From NCBI GenBank assembly GCA_046598045.1, contig JBKJJJ010000127.1, forward strand, positions 1-64,000: a stretch of DNA of 64,000 nt, in the 5' to 3' direction. The DNA comes from Candidatus Eiseniibacteriota bacterium. Its GTDB lineage: Bacteria > Eisenbacteria > RBG-16-71-46 > DASYSL01. This document shows positions 1 through 10,036 of the stretch, piece after piece. Every line of letters begins with the position of its first letter. Position 1 is the stretch's first letter. The translations under genes and the position numbers were made by a program. Under the pieces are notes generated by a model, which ran no database searches, was not told the DNA's origin, and saw nothing but the letters and a program-made list of their open reading frames with translations.

Positions 1-2067
1 CGGGTCGGGGCCCCGCTGGTCCACGCAGCACGGCACCGCGCCGTCTTCGGGCACGAACGGCGCAAACCAGCGCGCGAACGCCCGCGCCACGTCGGGCTGG
101 CCCATGCGCAGGAAGGCGGCCGAGGAGAGCGCGCCGTCGCGGATCCACGACCGCTCGTACGAGCGCGAGCCCGGCTGGAGCGCGGGCCCGTCGCGGTTGA
201 CGCGCGCCCAGGCGAGTTGCGCGCGCAGCGTGCGCACGACCTCCCCCGCCGACAGCGGGAGCTCGATGCCGACGTTGCCCTGCCGGCCGCGCCACTTGAA
301 CGCCGTGAGCTGGCGATTCGCATCGAACGTCACCGGGCGAACCGGCGCAAGGCGCGGGTCGGGCGGGGCCATCGGGATCGTCAATTCGACGGTGAGGTTT
401 TCCCCGGGGAGCAGATTGAAGTTCCAGAGCGCCGCGGCGGAGGCGTGCCCGGAGACATCCGTGACCGAGTCCGCACGCGGGGTGACGCCATTGCGGAGGA
501 AGTCCACGACGGCGTCGCCCTGGTCGAACGTCGCGGCGCCAAACGAGTCCGGCGGCCGGGACCACGTGAACGCCGGGTGATCGCCGAGCGTGACGAGGTC
601 GCCGCGCCGCGTGATCGTCGCGAGCGGCGCGACGCCGCCCGGCGAGTTCAGGAACTGCGTCGGCGGGTTGACCTGGAATGGTCGCATCGCGAGCGCGAGC
701 GCCCCTTTCGCGGGCGCGCCGCTCTGGTTGAGCACCCGGTAGCGCACGACCAGCAGCGGCACGATCGGCTGGGGTTCGAGCGCGAACGTGCTGATCTCGA
801 CCATGACGTCGTCCTTGCTCCACGTCACGCGCGGCATCGGCAGCTCGCCATCCTCGAGGCCGAACGCGCGCGAGACGTCGCTCCAGCCGACGAGCGGCCC
901 GCCCAGCATGAGCCAGGGCTCGATCGAGGGCCCGCCCTTCCACGGCTCGAGCCGCGCGTCCTCGTCGAACAGCGCCTCGACCGGGCTCGAGTCCGCGCCG
1001 ACCACCGTCCAGTACGATTGTTGGCCGGCGTAGGCGCGCGGGTAGAGGCCGGGCGGCGCGGCGTCGGCGACGTGGCGGAAGAAGTCGTTCACGGTCGGCG
1101 CCCACGCGGGGTCCCGGAGCGTGAACGAGCCGAGCGCGATGCCTGCGGGCGGCGCATCTGCGAGCGCGCGCAGTCGCGCGAAACGCGTTTCGCTCTCGGG
1201 CAGGTACAAGAGATCGCGGCCGCCGTTGCCGCCGTGGACCTCGCGCCCGGTGCGCCAGGTCACGCCGTCGTCGGAGAACTCGATCGCGTAGTCGGCGAGT
1301 GCGGCGCCGGGGAGCCAGTCGAGCGTCACCCCCGACAGCTCGCGCGGGGTGCCATAGTCGACCGTCAGCGTCGGGCGGCGGTCCCCGGGCTTGCTGCGCC
1401 AGGCAGTGAGCGAGTCGGCATCGAGCGCGAGCAGGGCGGGCGCGGCTTTCCCGATGCTGGAAGCGCGGGCGATCGGGGCCGGGACTGGCGCATCGGCCGG
1501 CGGTAGCGGCTCGAGCGTGAAGTCGTCGAGCCACACCGTCCCCTGCCCGCCCGAGCCGGCCGTGATCGCGATCTCGATCGCCGCGACGCGCGTGATCTCG
1601 CCGCCACCCAAAGGGCCCCACGCGAACTCGATCTGGCGCTTGCGGGTCGAGACCGTCTGCCACTCGCGCGGGAAAACGAAGTCGCGGCGGTTCATCCACC
1701 ACACGTTCGCGCCGGTGGAATCGATCAGCTTGAACTCGAGATTTTCGGTCGGGATGTCGCCCTTGATCGCGAAGCGAAAGCGATAGTTCGAGGGCAGGTT
1801 CAAGGGCTGGGCGAAGTCCCGCCGCGCGACCGCGTAGCCTGCCCCGCGCAGGAAGTGCACGTCGAAGCGGATTGCCGGGCCGTGCAGCCCGGGGTCGGAC
1901 CCGATCTTGAGGTCGACGCCGTCGGAGGGGTGCGAGCTCCACCGGGAGACATCGTCGAACGTGTCGAACGGCGTCGACGAAGCTGCGGGCGTCACCGCGC
2001 GGGCATGCGACGGGCCGGCGCAGGCGAGCGCAACGCCGACCCCCAGCAAGGCGATCCCGATCCTCAC
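1..2067 (-). CDS. Secreted discoidin (F5/8 type C)/CBM-domain protein, probable glycoside hydrolase; 3' end truncated by window edge
   Basis: Not in the ORF track because it is open to the edge. GTG at 2067 overlaps the permease TGA (GTGA). Reads MRIGIALLGVGVALACAG (signal peptide), then a CBM-like segment (LEFKLIDSTGANVWW...VWLDDFTL) and a discoidin-like segment (TAWRS...LTVDYGTPRELSGVTLDW...YAIEFSDDGVTW). Confidence 0.8.
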   Translation of the reverse strand, partial: MRIGIALLGVGVALACAGPSHARAVTPAASSTPFDTFDDVSRWSSHPSDGVDLKIGSDPGLHGPAIRFDVHFLRGAGYAVARRDFAQPLNLPSNYRFRFAIKGDIPTENLEFKLIDSTGANVWWMNRRDFVFPREWQTVSTRKRQIEFAWGPLGGGEITRVAAIEIAITAGSGGQGTVWLDDFTLEPLPPADAPVPAPIARASSIGKAAPALLALDADSLTAWRSKPGDRRPTLTVDYGTPRELSGVTLDWLPGAALADYAIEFSDDGVTWRTGREVHGGNGGRDLLYLPESETRFARLRALADAPPAGIALGSFTLRDPAWAPTVNDFFRHVADAAPPGLYPRAYAGQQSYWTVVGADSSPVEALFDEDARLEPWKGGPSIEPWLMLGGPLVGWSDVSRAFGLEDGELPMPRVTWSKDDVMVEISTFALEPQPIVPLLVVRYRVLNQSGAPAKGALALAMRPFQVNPPTQFLNSPGGVAPLATITRRGDLVTLGDHPAFTWSRPPDSFGAATFDQGDAVVDFLRNGVTPRADSVTDVSGHASAAALWNFNLLPGENLTVELTIPMAPPDPRLAPVRPVTFDANRQLTAFKWRGRQGNVGIELPLSAGEVVRTLRAQLAWARVNRDGPALQPGSRSYERSWIRDGALSSAAFLRMGQPDVARAFARWFAPFVPEDGAVPCCVDQRGPDP

Positions 2068-2885
2068 CCCTTCACGCCCCCCGCCAGGATGCCGCGCACG
2101 TACGCCCGCTGGAGCGCGAGGAAGACGAGCAGCGCCGGCAGCACGGTCACGACCGCCCCGGCCATCATGAGCTCGGTGTCCTGCACGTGCTCGCCGCTCA
2201 GGCCCGCGAGCGCGACCGGCAGCGTGTACTTCGCGTCGTCCGAGAGGATGATCAGCGGCCACAGGAAGTCGTTCCACATCGATAAGAAAGTAAACGCGGC
2301 GAGCGTGACCAGGATGGGCGACAGCACGGGCACGACGATCGTGCGGAAGATCTTCCACTCGCCCGCGCCGTCGAGACGCGCGGCGTCGAGCAGGTCGTCG
2401 GGGATCGAGAGCGCGTACTGGCGTACGAGGAAGATGCCGAACACGTTTGCCAGCCCCGGGATCATCACCCCGACGAGCGAGTTGACGAGGCCCATGCTCT
2501 TGAGCAGCAGGAACAGCGGCAGCATGCCGACCTGCGCCGGGATCACGAGCGCGGCGAGCAGCGTGCGGAACATCTTGTCGCGGCCGGCGAAGCGCAGCTT
2601 CGCGAACGAGTAGCCGGCCATGCCGTTGATCACGACCGAGCCGAGCGTCGCGCCCACCGAGACGATCGCGCTGTTCAAGAGCGCGCGCGACACGTTGAGG
2701 CGCGTGAACAGCGTGACGTAGTGCTCGAGCGTCGGCACGCTCGGGAGGAAGCGCGGCGGGAACAGCGTCGCCTCGCCCGAGGGCATGAACGACGCCGAGA
2801 CCATCCACGCCAGCGGCACGAGCGTGAGCGCCGCGCCCGCGGCGAGCGCGAGGTGGAGGGCGATCGCCGGGCGGCGCGCGCTCAT
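2064..2885 (-). CDS. Carbohydrate ABC transporter permease (MalG-like)
   Basis: Starts MSARRPAIALHL (ATGA overlap). EAA-like motif DLLDAARLDGAGEW, WNDFLWPLI, multiple TM helices. Confidence 0.95.
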   Translation of the reverse strand: MSARRPAIALHLALAAGAALTLVPLAWMVSASFMPSGEATLFPPRFLPSVPTLEHYVTLFTRLNVSRALLNSAIVSVGATLGSVVINGMAGYSFAKLRFAGRDKMFRTLLAALVIPAQVGMLPLFLLLKSMGLVNSLVGVMIPGLANVFGIFLVRQYALSIPDDLLDAARLDGAGEWKIFRTIVVPVLSPILVTLAAFTFLSMWNDFLWPLIILSDDAKYTLPVALAGLSGEHVQDTELMMAGAVVTVLPALLVFLALQRAYVRGILAGGVKG

Positions 2886-3793
2886 GCGTTCTCCGTGGGC
2901 GCGATCTTCATCTGGATCCAGGTGCCCAGGCCCATGATCAGAAACAGCACGAACGCGATCGCGGCCGCGAGCCCCATGCGCCACCAGCGGAAGCCCTCCT
3001 CGTACATCCAGAGCACCACGGTCGTCGTGCTGCGCAGCGGGCCGCCCTGGGTCATGACGTAGGGTTCCGAGAAGATCTGGAAGTTGCCGAGCATCGTGAT
3101 CACGGCCACGAACATGAGCGTCGCCGACAGGCCGGGCAGCGTGACGTGGCGGAAGCGCTGCAGCCATGACGCGCCGTCGAGCTGCGCGGCCTCGTACTGC
3201 TCCTCGGGGATGTTCGCCAGCCCCGCGAGGAAGATCAGCATGTTGTAACCGAAGTTCTTCCACACCGCGAGGATCACGATTGCGGGCATCGCGAAGTGCG
3301 GATCGCCCAGCCAGTCGACCGCAGGCAGGTGGAGCGCGGTCAGCGCGTAGTTGACGAGCCCGTACTTCGGGTGGTCGAGATAACGCCACACGATCGCGAC
3401 CGCGACCAGCGTGGTCACGACCGGCGTGAAGTACACCGTGCGGAAGAAGCCCGGGAAGCGGTTGCGCTTCGAGTAAACCAGCAGCGCCGCCCCGAGCGAG
3501 ACCAGCACCGAGATCGGCCCGCCGATGAACACGAAGTAGAGCGTGTTGCCGAGGACCTTCCAGAACAGCGGGTTGACGAGCACCGCCTTGTAGTTCGCGA
3601 GGCCGACCAGGCGCGAGGTCGAGGGGTCGCCGATCGCGTAGATGTCGAAGTCGGTGAAGCTGAGCCCGAGCCCCATCAGCACGGGCACGAAGAAGAACAG
3701 CGCGATCAGCCCGAGCGCCGGGGTCAGGAACAGCCAGCCCGCGCGCGTCTGGCGCACGATCTGCCCGCCCCCACCGCGCACGGGCGCGCTCAT
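2882..3793 (-). CDS. Carbohydrate ABC transporter permease (MalF-like)
   Basis: Starts MSAPVRGGGG. EAA motif EQYEAAQLDGASW, WKNFGYNMLIFLAGL, VMTQGGP. Confidence 0.95.
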   Translation of the reverse strand: MSAPVRGGGGQIVRQTRAGWLFLTPALGLIALFFFVPVLMGLGLSFTDFDIYAIGDPSTSRLVGLANYKAVLVNPLFWKVLGNTLYFVFIGGPISVLVSLGAALLVYSKRNRFPGFFRTVYFTPVVTTLVAVAIVWRYLDHPKYGLVNYALTALHLPAVDWLGDPHFAMPAIVILAVWKNFGYNMLIFLAGLANIPEEQYEAAQLDGASWLQRFRHVTLPGLSATLMFVAVITMLGNFQIFSEPYVMTQGGPLRSTTTVVLWMYEEGFRWWRMGLAAAIAFVLFLIMGLGTWIQMKIAPTENA

Positions 3794-5061
3794 CGCGCGG
3801 CCTGCCGCGACTGCAGCCAGCGGCGCTTCTCGAGGATGACATCGACGTCGCGGTCGAGGCCGGCCATCGCGGAGTCGGGCTTCTGCGCGCCGCGCGCGAG
3901 CGCCTCGACCCGCTCCTGGAGGCGGGTCGCGATGAACTCCCACTCGGGCACGCGCGGGGTCGAGCGCACGCGGTCGAGCTGCGTGCGGAATGCGGCGGCG
4001 CGCGGGTCCTGCGTCAACGCCGAATCGAGCCACGCGTCGCGGCGCGCGGGCAGGTCGCCGGCAAGCTGGAAGAATCGCGCCTGCGACGCCGGACGCGACA
4101 GGAATTCGACGAACTGCCAAGCCTCCGCCTTGTGCTTCGACGCCTTGAACAGCACGAGGCTCGCGCCGCCGGCGGTCGACACGCCGCTCGCCGGGCCGTC
4201 GGGGCCGGGGATCGGCGCGGTCCCCCACGCGTCCTTGAGCGAGTCGGGCATGCGGCTCTTGAACTCGGAGATGTTCCACGGCCCCGTGACGTACATCGCG
4301 AACGAGCCGCGCGCGAACTCCTGGTAGAGGTTCGAGATCTCGGTGTTTGCGATCGCCGGCGCGAGCCCGTCCTTGAACAGGCCGAGGTAGAAATCGAGCG
4401 CGCGCCGAAACTCGGGGCCCTTGAATTCGCCGCGGCTGGTCTTCTCGTCGACCAGCGGCGAGCCCGCCTGGAGGCCGAGCACGACCGGCACCGTCCACTC
4501 GTTGACGGGCAGCAGGATCGCGGTGTGGCCCGGCCCCTGCATCTTGACGATCGCGGCCATCGCGGCGCGCCAGCCTGCCCAGTCGCCGGGCATCTCCTTG
4601 TAGCCGGCGCGCGCGAGCAGGTCCTTGCGATAGAACACGACGCGCGTGTCGACGTACCACGGCACGCCGTAGGTCTCGCCGTTCACGACGTTCGTCTCCC
4701 AGATGCCCTCGAAGAACTGCGCCTGCGGGATGTCGGGAGAAGCCGCGACCCGCGCCGACAGCGGCTCGATCGCATTGAGCGCCTGGAACTCGGGGATCCA
4801 CGTGTTGCCGAGCTGGGAGACGTCGGGCGAGGAGCGGCCCACATAGGACGTCAGCAGCTTCTCGTGCGCGGCGGACCACGGGATCGACTGCACCACGATC
4901 TTCACATTGGGATGCTCGCGCTCGAACTGGTCGGCGAGTTCGCGCACCACCTCGCCCTCCTTGCCCATCGCCCAGAAGCGGATCGTGGTGCGGCCGGCGG
5001 CGCGGTCCTGCGCGCAGCCCGCGAGGCCCAACAGCAAGAAGAGAACCAGCGCGCGCCGCAT
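3790..5061 (-). CDS. Sugar ABC transporter substrate-binding lipoprotein
   Basis: MRRALVLFLLLGLAGC lipobox; family 1 solute-binding motifs (PDVSQLGNTWIPEF, YGVPWYVDTRVVFYRKDLL). Confidence 0.95.
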   Translation of the reverse strand: MRRALVLFLLLGLAGCAQDRAAGRTTIRFWAMGKEGEVVRELADQFEREHPNVKIVVQSIPWSAAHEKLLTSYVGRSSPDVSQLGNTWIPEFQALNAIEPLSARVAASPDIPQAQFFEGIWETNVVNGETYGVPWYVDTRVVFYRKDLLARAGYKEMPGDWAGWRAAMAAIVKMQGPGHTAILLPVNEWTVPVVLGLQAGSPLVDEKTSRGEFKGPEFRRALDFYLGLFKDGLAPAIANTEISNLYQEFARGSFAMYVTGPWNISEFKSRMPDSLKDAWGTAPIPGPDGPASGVSTAGGASLVLFKASKHKAEAWQFVEFLSRPASQARFFQLAGDLPARRDAWLDSALTQDPRAAAFRTQLDRVRSTPRVPEWEFIATRLQERVEALARGAQKPDSAMAGLDRDVDVILEKRRWLQSRQAAR

Positions 5062-6533
5062 CACTTCGCCGGCCGCTTGTCGTCCAGCCAGCCGCCCTGG
5101 AAGCCCGCGCGCTGGAGCCCGCGCACGACGTGCGGGTTCTGGCGCATCGTGCTCCACACCAGGCCGCTCCGCCAGTTCTCGAGCATCGCGAGGATCGGGC
5201 CCTGGTCGATCCCGAGGTAGTCGGTGTCGAACCAGCCCACGCCCGGCACGACATGACCGTGATGCGTGCGCATCGCCGTGTCGAGCGTCGGGTTGAACGC
5301 ATCGACGAAGCCGTACTCGCCGAACAACGGCGGGCCGTAGCGCTGCCGCATCGCGATCAGCGCGGGCACGACGATCTCGGGCGCGAACGCGATCGAGCCG
5401 CCCGCCGCGGTCGGGGCGAGCGTGCCGTCGTCCTCGATGCGCGTGAAGTCGGCGCCGCGCGCGTTGTAGGTGTGAAATTCGCGCTTGCGACCATTCAGCG
5501 TGAGCGTGCTGTCGAGCGGGCCGTCGCACGCGGTCAAGCCCCACACGTCCGCGCCGTAGCCGCCGAACGCGGACGGGTTCGCCACCGCGTACGCGCGCTG
5601 GGCGAGCGTGGCGCGGCGCGAGTTCTCGAAGTAGTCGCTCGCGCGCGCGGTCATCACGCTGTCCCTGATCCCGCGGAAGTCGATCCACACGTGGCTGTAC
5701 TGGTGCCCGAACAAAGGCGCGAAACCGAGGTAGTCCTCGCCTTGGAACGTGCCCCACCGGTACGCCTGCGTGTACGCGGGCCAGAGCCCGGCGCCGACCG
5801 GGTGCGAGGTCGATCCGAGGGCGAGCACGTGCAGGATCACCGTCTCGTTGTAGCCGCGCCAGTCGTACGGCAGGTGGCCGGATTCGGGACTCCATCCGAG
5901 CGCGATCGTCGGCGGGCGCACGGCCGCCCACGTCCAGTCGGCGCGCGCGTAGAGCGACTCGGCATAGGCGCGCACCTCGGCTTCGACCGGAGTGTTGCGC
6001 GTGAAGTAGCTCTGGCAGAACAGTGCGCCCGCGAGCAGGAGCGCGGTGTCCTGGGTCGAGAGCTCGACCTTCTCGAACCTCAGGCCGGTCCCGGGCACGA
6101 GAAAATGATAATAGAAGCCGCGATAGCCGGTCGCGCGCGAGGCCGACGTGTCCTGCCTCGACTCCGCGAACCAGCGCAGCGTGTTGCGCGCGCGGATCGC
6201 CGCGGCGGCGCGGGGGACGTAGCCGCGCTGGGCCCCGATCGGGTAGGCGTTGAGCGCGAACCCGACCGCGCCCACGCTGACGAACGACTTCGTCGGCCAG
6301 CGGTCGGGCGAGAGCCCGGTCGCGGAGTCGGTCCGCTCCCAGAAGAAGCGGAACGTCTTCTGCTCGAGCGTGTCGAGGAACGCAGCCTCAGCCGGCGTGA
6401 GGTCGGACCAGGTGCGGATCGCGCCCGGCGCCGCGGGCGCGTGCGCGGTTGCGCCCCGCGATCCGGCGCAGCCGATCGCCACGGCGCTCCCGGCCAGCGC
6501 GAGCGCGATCGCCAGGAGCGGGATGCGCCTCAC
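5061..6533 (-). CDS. GH144-like ('glucoamylase family') endo-beta-1,2-glucanase, probable lipoprotein
   Basis: GTG start overlaps the upstream TGA; hydrophobic leader ending AVAIGC. Motifs YRGFYYHFL, ELSTQDTALL, GYNE, PLFGHQYSHVWIDFRG, WGLTACDGP, DYLGIDQGPI. Confidence 0.85.
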   Translation of the reverse strand: MRRIPLLAIALALAGSAVAIGCAGSRGATAHAPAAPGAIRTWSDLTPAEAAFLDTLEQKTFRFFWERTDSATGLSPDRWPTKSFVSVGAVGFALNAYPIGAQRGYVPRAAAAIRARNTLRWFAESRQDTSASRATGYRGFYYHFLVPGTGLRFEKVELSTQDTALLLAGALFCQSYFTRNTPVEAEVRAYAESLYARADWTWAAVRPPTIALGWSPESGHLPYDWRGYNETVILHVLALGSTSHPVGAGLWPAYTQAYRWGTFQGEDYLGFAPLFGHQYSHVWIDFRGIRDSVMTARASDYFENSRRATLAQRAYAVANPSAFGGYGADVWGLTACDGPLDSTLTLNGRKREFHTYNARGADFTRIEDDGTLAPTAAGGSIAFAPEIVVPALIAMRQRYGPPLFGEYGFVDAFNPTLDTAMRTHHGHVVPGVGWFDTDYLGIDQGPILAMLENWRSGLVWSTMRQNPHVVRGLQRAGFQGGWLDDKRPAK

Positions 6534-9500
6534 GCGCCGCCCGGTCCGAGCGTGATCTGGACCTCGTGCGCGCGGCCGTCGCGCACGATCGGCACGCGCG
6601 CGACGCCGTCCTCGAGCGCGAGCGGGGCGCCGTCGAGCGCGGCCCCGGTAACCACCTCGGCATTGGCACCGGGGTTCGTCACCGTGAACGCGTAGCTCGT
6701 GCCGTCGGGCCGCTTGAGGCGGGCGCGAAACCCGGGCCAGTCGTCGGGGATCTTCGGCTGGACGACGTACGCGCGGCCGCCTTCCTCCCGGATGCCGAGC
6801 ACGGACTCGAGCGTGACGCGGATCATCCAGCCGGCCGAGCCCGTGTACCACGTCCAGCCGCCGCGGCCGACGTGCGGCGCCACTCCGTAGACGTCGGCGG
6901 CGATGACGTAGGGCTCGACCTGGTAGGTCGCGACCTGGCCGGAGGATTGCGAGTGGCTGATCGGGCTCAGCATCTCGAGCACGCGCGCCGCGCGGTCGCG
7001 CCGGCCGCCCTCGGCGAGCGCGCGCACGTACCAGAGTGCGGCGTGCGTGTACTGGCCGCCGTTCTCGCGCACCCCCGCAACGTAGCCGCGGATGTAGCCC
7101 GGATCGTGCGCCGAGTCGACGAACGGCGGTGCGAGCAGCCGCACGATGCCGGCTTCGGGCGAGACCAGCTCGCGCTCGACCGCGCCGAGCGCCTGGCGCG
7201 CGCGCGCCGGGGTGGCGACGCGCGCGATCACCGCCCACGACTGGGCGAGCGCGTCGATCTTGCACTCGTCGCTCTCCTTCGAGCCGAGCGGCGCGCCGTC
7301 GTCGTAGTAGCCGCGGCGGTACCACGCGCCGTCCCAGCCTGCGGTCTCGAGCGCGGCCATCAGCTTTGCGCGGTACGCCGAGTAGCGCGCGGCGCGCGCG
7401 GCGTCGCCGCGGCGCTCGCAGTGGGGCGCGAAGTCCTCGAGCACGGCGCACAGGAAGAAGCCCATCCACACGCTCTCGCCGCGGCTCTCCTGTCCGACGC
7501 GGTTCATGCCGTCGTTCCAGTCGCCACAGCCGAACAACGGCAAGCCGTGCGCGCCCTCGCCCACTTCGAGCGAGTGCTCGATCGCGCGCACGCAATGGTC
7601 GTACACCGTGCCCGTCTCGCCCGACGGCTCGGCGGAGAGAAACAATTCCTGCTCGCCCGGCGCGAGCGCCTGCGCGGTCAGGTACGGGGCGCGCTCATCG
7701 AGCACCATCTCGTCGCCGGTCGCGGCCACGTAGGTTGCGGTCAGGTACGGCAACCAGAGCAGGTCGTCGGCGAAGCGCGTGCGCAGGCCGCGGTCGTCGG
7801 GCGGGTGCCACCAGTGCAGCACGTCGCCCTCTTCGAACTGGTGCCCGGCGTTGAGCACGATCTGCGCGCGGAAGCGGTGCGGGTCATATGCCAGCATCGC
7901 GGACGCGTCCTGGAGCTGGTCCCTGAAGCCGAACGCGCCCCCGGACTGGTAGAACGCGCTGCGGCCCCACATGCGGCACACCAGCGTCTGGTAGACGAGC
8001 CAGCCGTTCATCATGCGGTCGATCGCCGGTGCGGGCGTCTCGATCTCGACCTGCGCGATGAGACCGCTCCAGAACTCGCCCGCCTCGCGGCGTGCCAGGA
8101 GGAGCGCGCCGGGTACGCGCGCGCGCTCGACCAGGTCCCTCGCCTCGTCCTCGTCCGCAGCGTCACCGAGCAGGACCGCCCACGTCGCCTCGGTGCCGGG
8201 GGCGAGCTCGATCGACACGCGCTGCGCGAAACAGGGCTCGAGGCCCTCGCCGGATGCGCCGTTCCACGCAGCCTCGTCGCCGAGCGCGCGCGGCAGCGAC
8301 ACGCGACCACCCTCGCCGAGGAAGGCCATGCGGTCGCACGTGAAGAGCGCGGCCTGCGCGCGCGCGCCTTCGCCGGGCAGCAGCGCAGCGAACGCGACGC
8401 GGCTGCCGTAGAGCGGATCGGCCGCGTCCCGCGCGCACAGCGCGCCCGTGCGCGCGTCGCGCCAGGTGCGGATGGCGCGGCCGGCCTCCCCCGGCGCCAC
8501 GCCGAGCACGAGGCGCTGGTAGGCGAGCAGCGAGAGCTTGCGCGGGCTTGCGGAAAGGTTGCGCACGCGCACGCGCGTGACCTTGAGCGTGTCGTGCATG
8601 GGCACGAACACCTCGGTCTCGACCTCGAGCCCTGCGGCAGCCACGTGACACGTGCTCGCGCCGAAGCCGTGGCGCATTTCGTACGCGGCCTGCGCGGGCG
8701 TCGGCCCCGGGAACGGCGAGAACGCGACACCGCTCTCCTCGTCTTTGAGCCACAGCGCCTCGCCGTGGGGATCGAGCTGCGCGTCATTTGCCCACGGCGT
8801 GAGGCGGCGCTCGCGGCTGTTCACGCTCCACGTCGTGCCCGCGCCAGTCTCGCTCACGATGCAGCCGAACTGCTCGTTCGCGATCACGTTGACCCACGGC
8901 TGGGGCGGGCGCGCGGGCGTGCCGCCCTCGCCGGGGGCGAGACGCACGACGTATTCGTGCCCTGAGGCCGCGAAGCCGCCGTAACCGTTCCAGAACTCGA
9001 GCGCCTCGGGCTCGGTGTCGGCGGTCTTCTCGGAGAGTGCGGGCGCGAGCGCGGCCGTGGCGAGCGCGGAGAACGCGGACTCGCCCGATCCCGTCACCAG
9101 CGTGCCGGCGTAGCCGGGCCAGGAATCGTCGCCCGCGTTCGCGGCGCCGGCCGCGGCCTCCGCGACCAAAGCGGCCACGCCTGCCTGGCGCGCCGAAGTG
9201 AGCGCGGCGAGCACGTGCCCGCGTTCCCCTGCCGCGGCGAGCGCGAACGTGAGCGTCGCGCTCGCGCCCGGCGCGAGCGTGCGCGTGGCGCGCAGCGCGA
9301 ACACGGGGTCGAGCACGTTGCCGACCTTGCCCGAGAGCTGCGCCCCGTCGAGCAGCACGCGCGGGGCCGAGCGGTCGGGCGCGCGGCCGAGGAAGCGCGC
9401 GCGGTCGGACTCGAATTCGGGCGCGAGATCCTCGAGCAGCGCGAAGCCCATCGCGGGAAACACTTCGCCGGCCTCGCGCGGGCGGCGGCTCGCGAGCAGC

Positions 9501-10036
9501 GCGCCGGTCGCCTTGTCCCACGCGGTCTGGACGAACAGGCGCGAGAACGCCGGGTGCGATGCGTCGGCGGCCGCGTGGTGGAGCACGACCTCGAGCGCGG
9601 CAGTGGCCGCGATCGTGCGCGGCCCGGGCGAGCGGTTCGTGAGCGTCAGGCGGCGCACCTCGAGCGCGCGGCCCGGCACGACGGCAATGTCGAGCACGGC
9701 CTCGATGCCGTGTTCCTCGCGCTCGAGCGTAAACCTGCCCGGGGTCCAGCGTGCGGACGCCGTCCCCGATCGTGGCGCGATCGGCTCGACACCGACCGAC
9801 CACAGTGCGCCGCTCTCGGCGTCCTGCAGGTAGATCAGCGTGCCCTCCCGGTCCTCGACCGGGTCGGCGGACCAGCGCGTGAGCGCGAAGTCTTCGAACG
9901 TCGTGCCGCCACAGCCTGCGGCCGTGACGAGCGTGACGAACTCGCCGTCCGCGAGACGGGCGGCAATGCGCGGCGCCCGGAGCGTCGGCGTCGCGCCCCG
10001 GGCGGCGAGGATGGACGAGGGCGGAGGAGGCGTCAT
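6530..10036 (-). CDS. GH94 glycoside phosphorylase resembling the C-terminal phosphorylase region of cyclic beta-1,2-glucan synthase
   Basis: Two tandem N-terminal GT36/CBM_X-like domains (HPAFSRLFVQT; PPQPWVNVIAN, NSRERRLTPWAND). YQSGGAFGFRDQLQD, catalytic GDWNDGMNRVG, GVRENGGQYTHAA, GGWTWYTGSAGW. No signal peptide. Confidence 0.9.
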   Translation of the reverse strand: MTPPPPSSILAARGATPTLRAPRIAARLADGEFVTLVTAAGCGGTTFEDFALTRWSADPVEDREGTLIYLQDAESGALWSVGVEPIAPRSGTASARWTPGRFTLEREEHGIEAVLDIAVVPGRALEVRRLTLTNRSPGPRTIAATAALEVVLHHAAADASHPAFSRLFVQTAWDKATGALLASRRPREAGEVFPAMGFALLEDLAPEFESDRARFLGRAPDRSAPRVLLDGAQLSGKVGNVLDPVFALRATRTLAPGASATLTFALAAAGERGHVLAALTSARQAGVAALVAEAAAGAANAGDDSWPGYAGTLVTGSGESAFSALATAALAPALSEKTADTEPEALEFWNGYGGFAASGHEYVVRLAPGEGGTPARPPQPWVNVIANEQFGCIVSETGAGTTWSVNSRERRLTPWANDAQLDPHGEALWLKDEESGVAFSPFPGPTPAQAAYEMRHGFGASTCHVAAAGLEVETEVFVPMHDTLKVTRVRVRNLSASPRKLSLLAYQRLVLGVAPGEAGRAIRTWRDARTGALCARDAADPLYGSRVAFAALLPGEGARAQAALFTCDRMAFLGEGGRVSLPRALGDEAAWNGASGEGLEPCFAQRVSIELAPGTEATWAVLLGDAADEDEARDLVERARVPGALLLARREAGEFWSGLIAQVEIETPAPAIDRMMNGWLVYQTLVCRMWGRSAFYQSGGAFGFRDQLQDASAMLAYDPHRFRAQIVLNAGHQFEEGDVLHWWHPPDDRGLRTRFADDLLWLPYLTATYVAATGDEMVLDERAPYLTAQALAPGEQELFLSAEPSGETGTVYDHCVRAIEHSLEVGEGAHGLPLFGCGDWNDGMNRVGQESRGESVWMGFFLCAVLEDFAPHCERRGDAARAARYSAYRAKLMAALETAGWDGAWYRRGYYDDGAPLGSKESDECKIDALAQSWAVIARVATPARARQALGAVERELVSPEAGIVRLLAPPFVDSAHDPGYIRGYVAGVRENGGQYTHAALWYVRALAEGGRRDRAARVLEMLSPISHSQSSGQVATYQVEPYVIAADVYGVAPHVGRGGWTWYTGSAGWMIRVTLESVLGIREEGGRAYVVQPKIPDDWPGFRARLKRPDGTSYAFTVTNPGANAEVVTGAALDGAPLALEDGVARVPIVRDGRAHEVQITLGPGGA

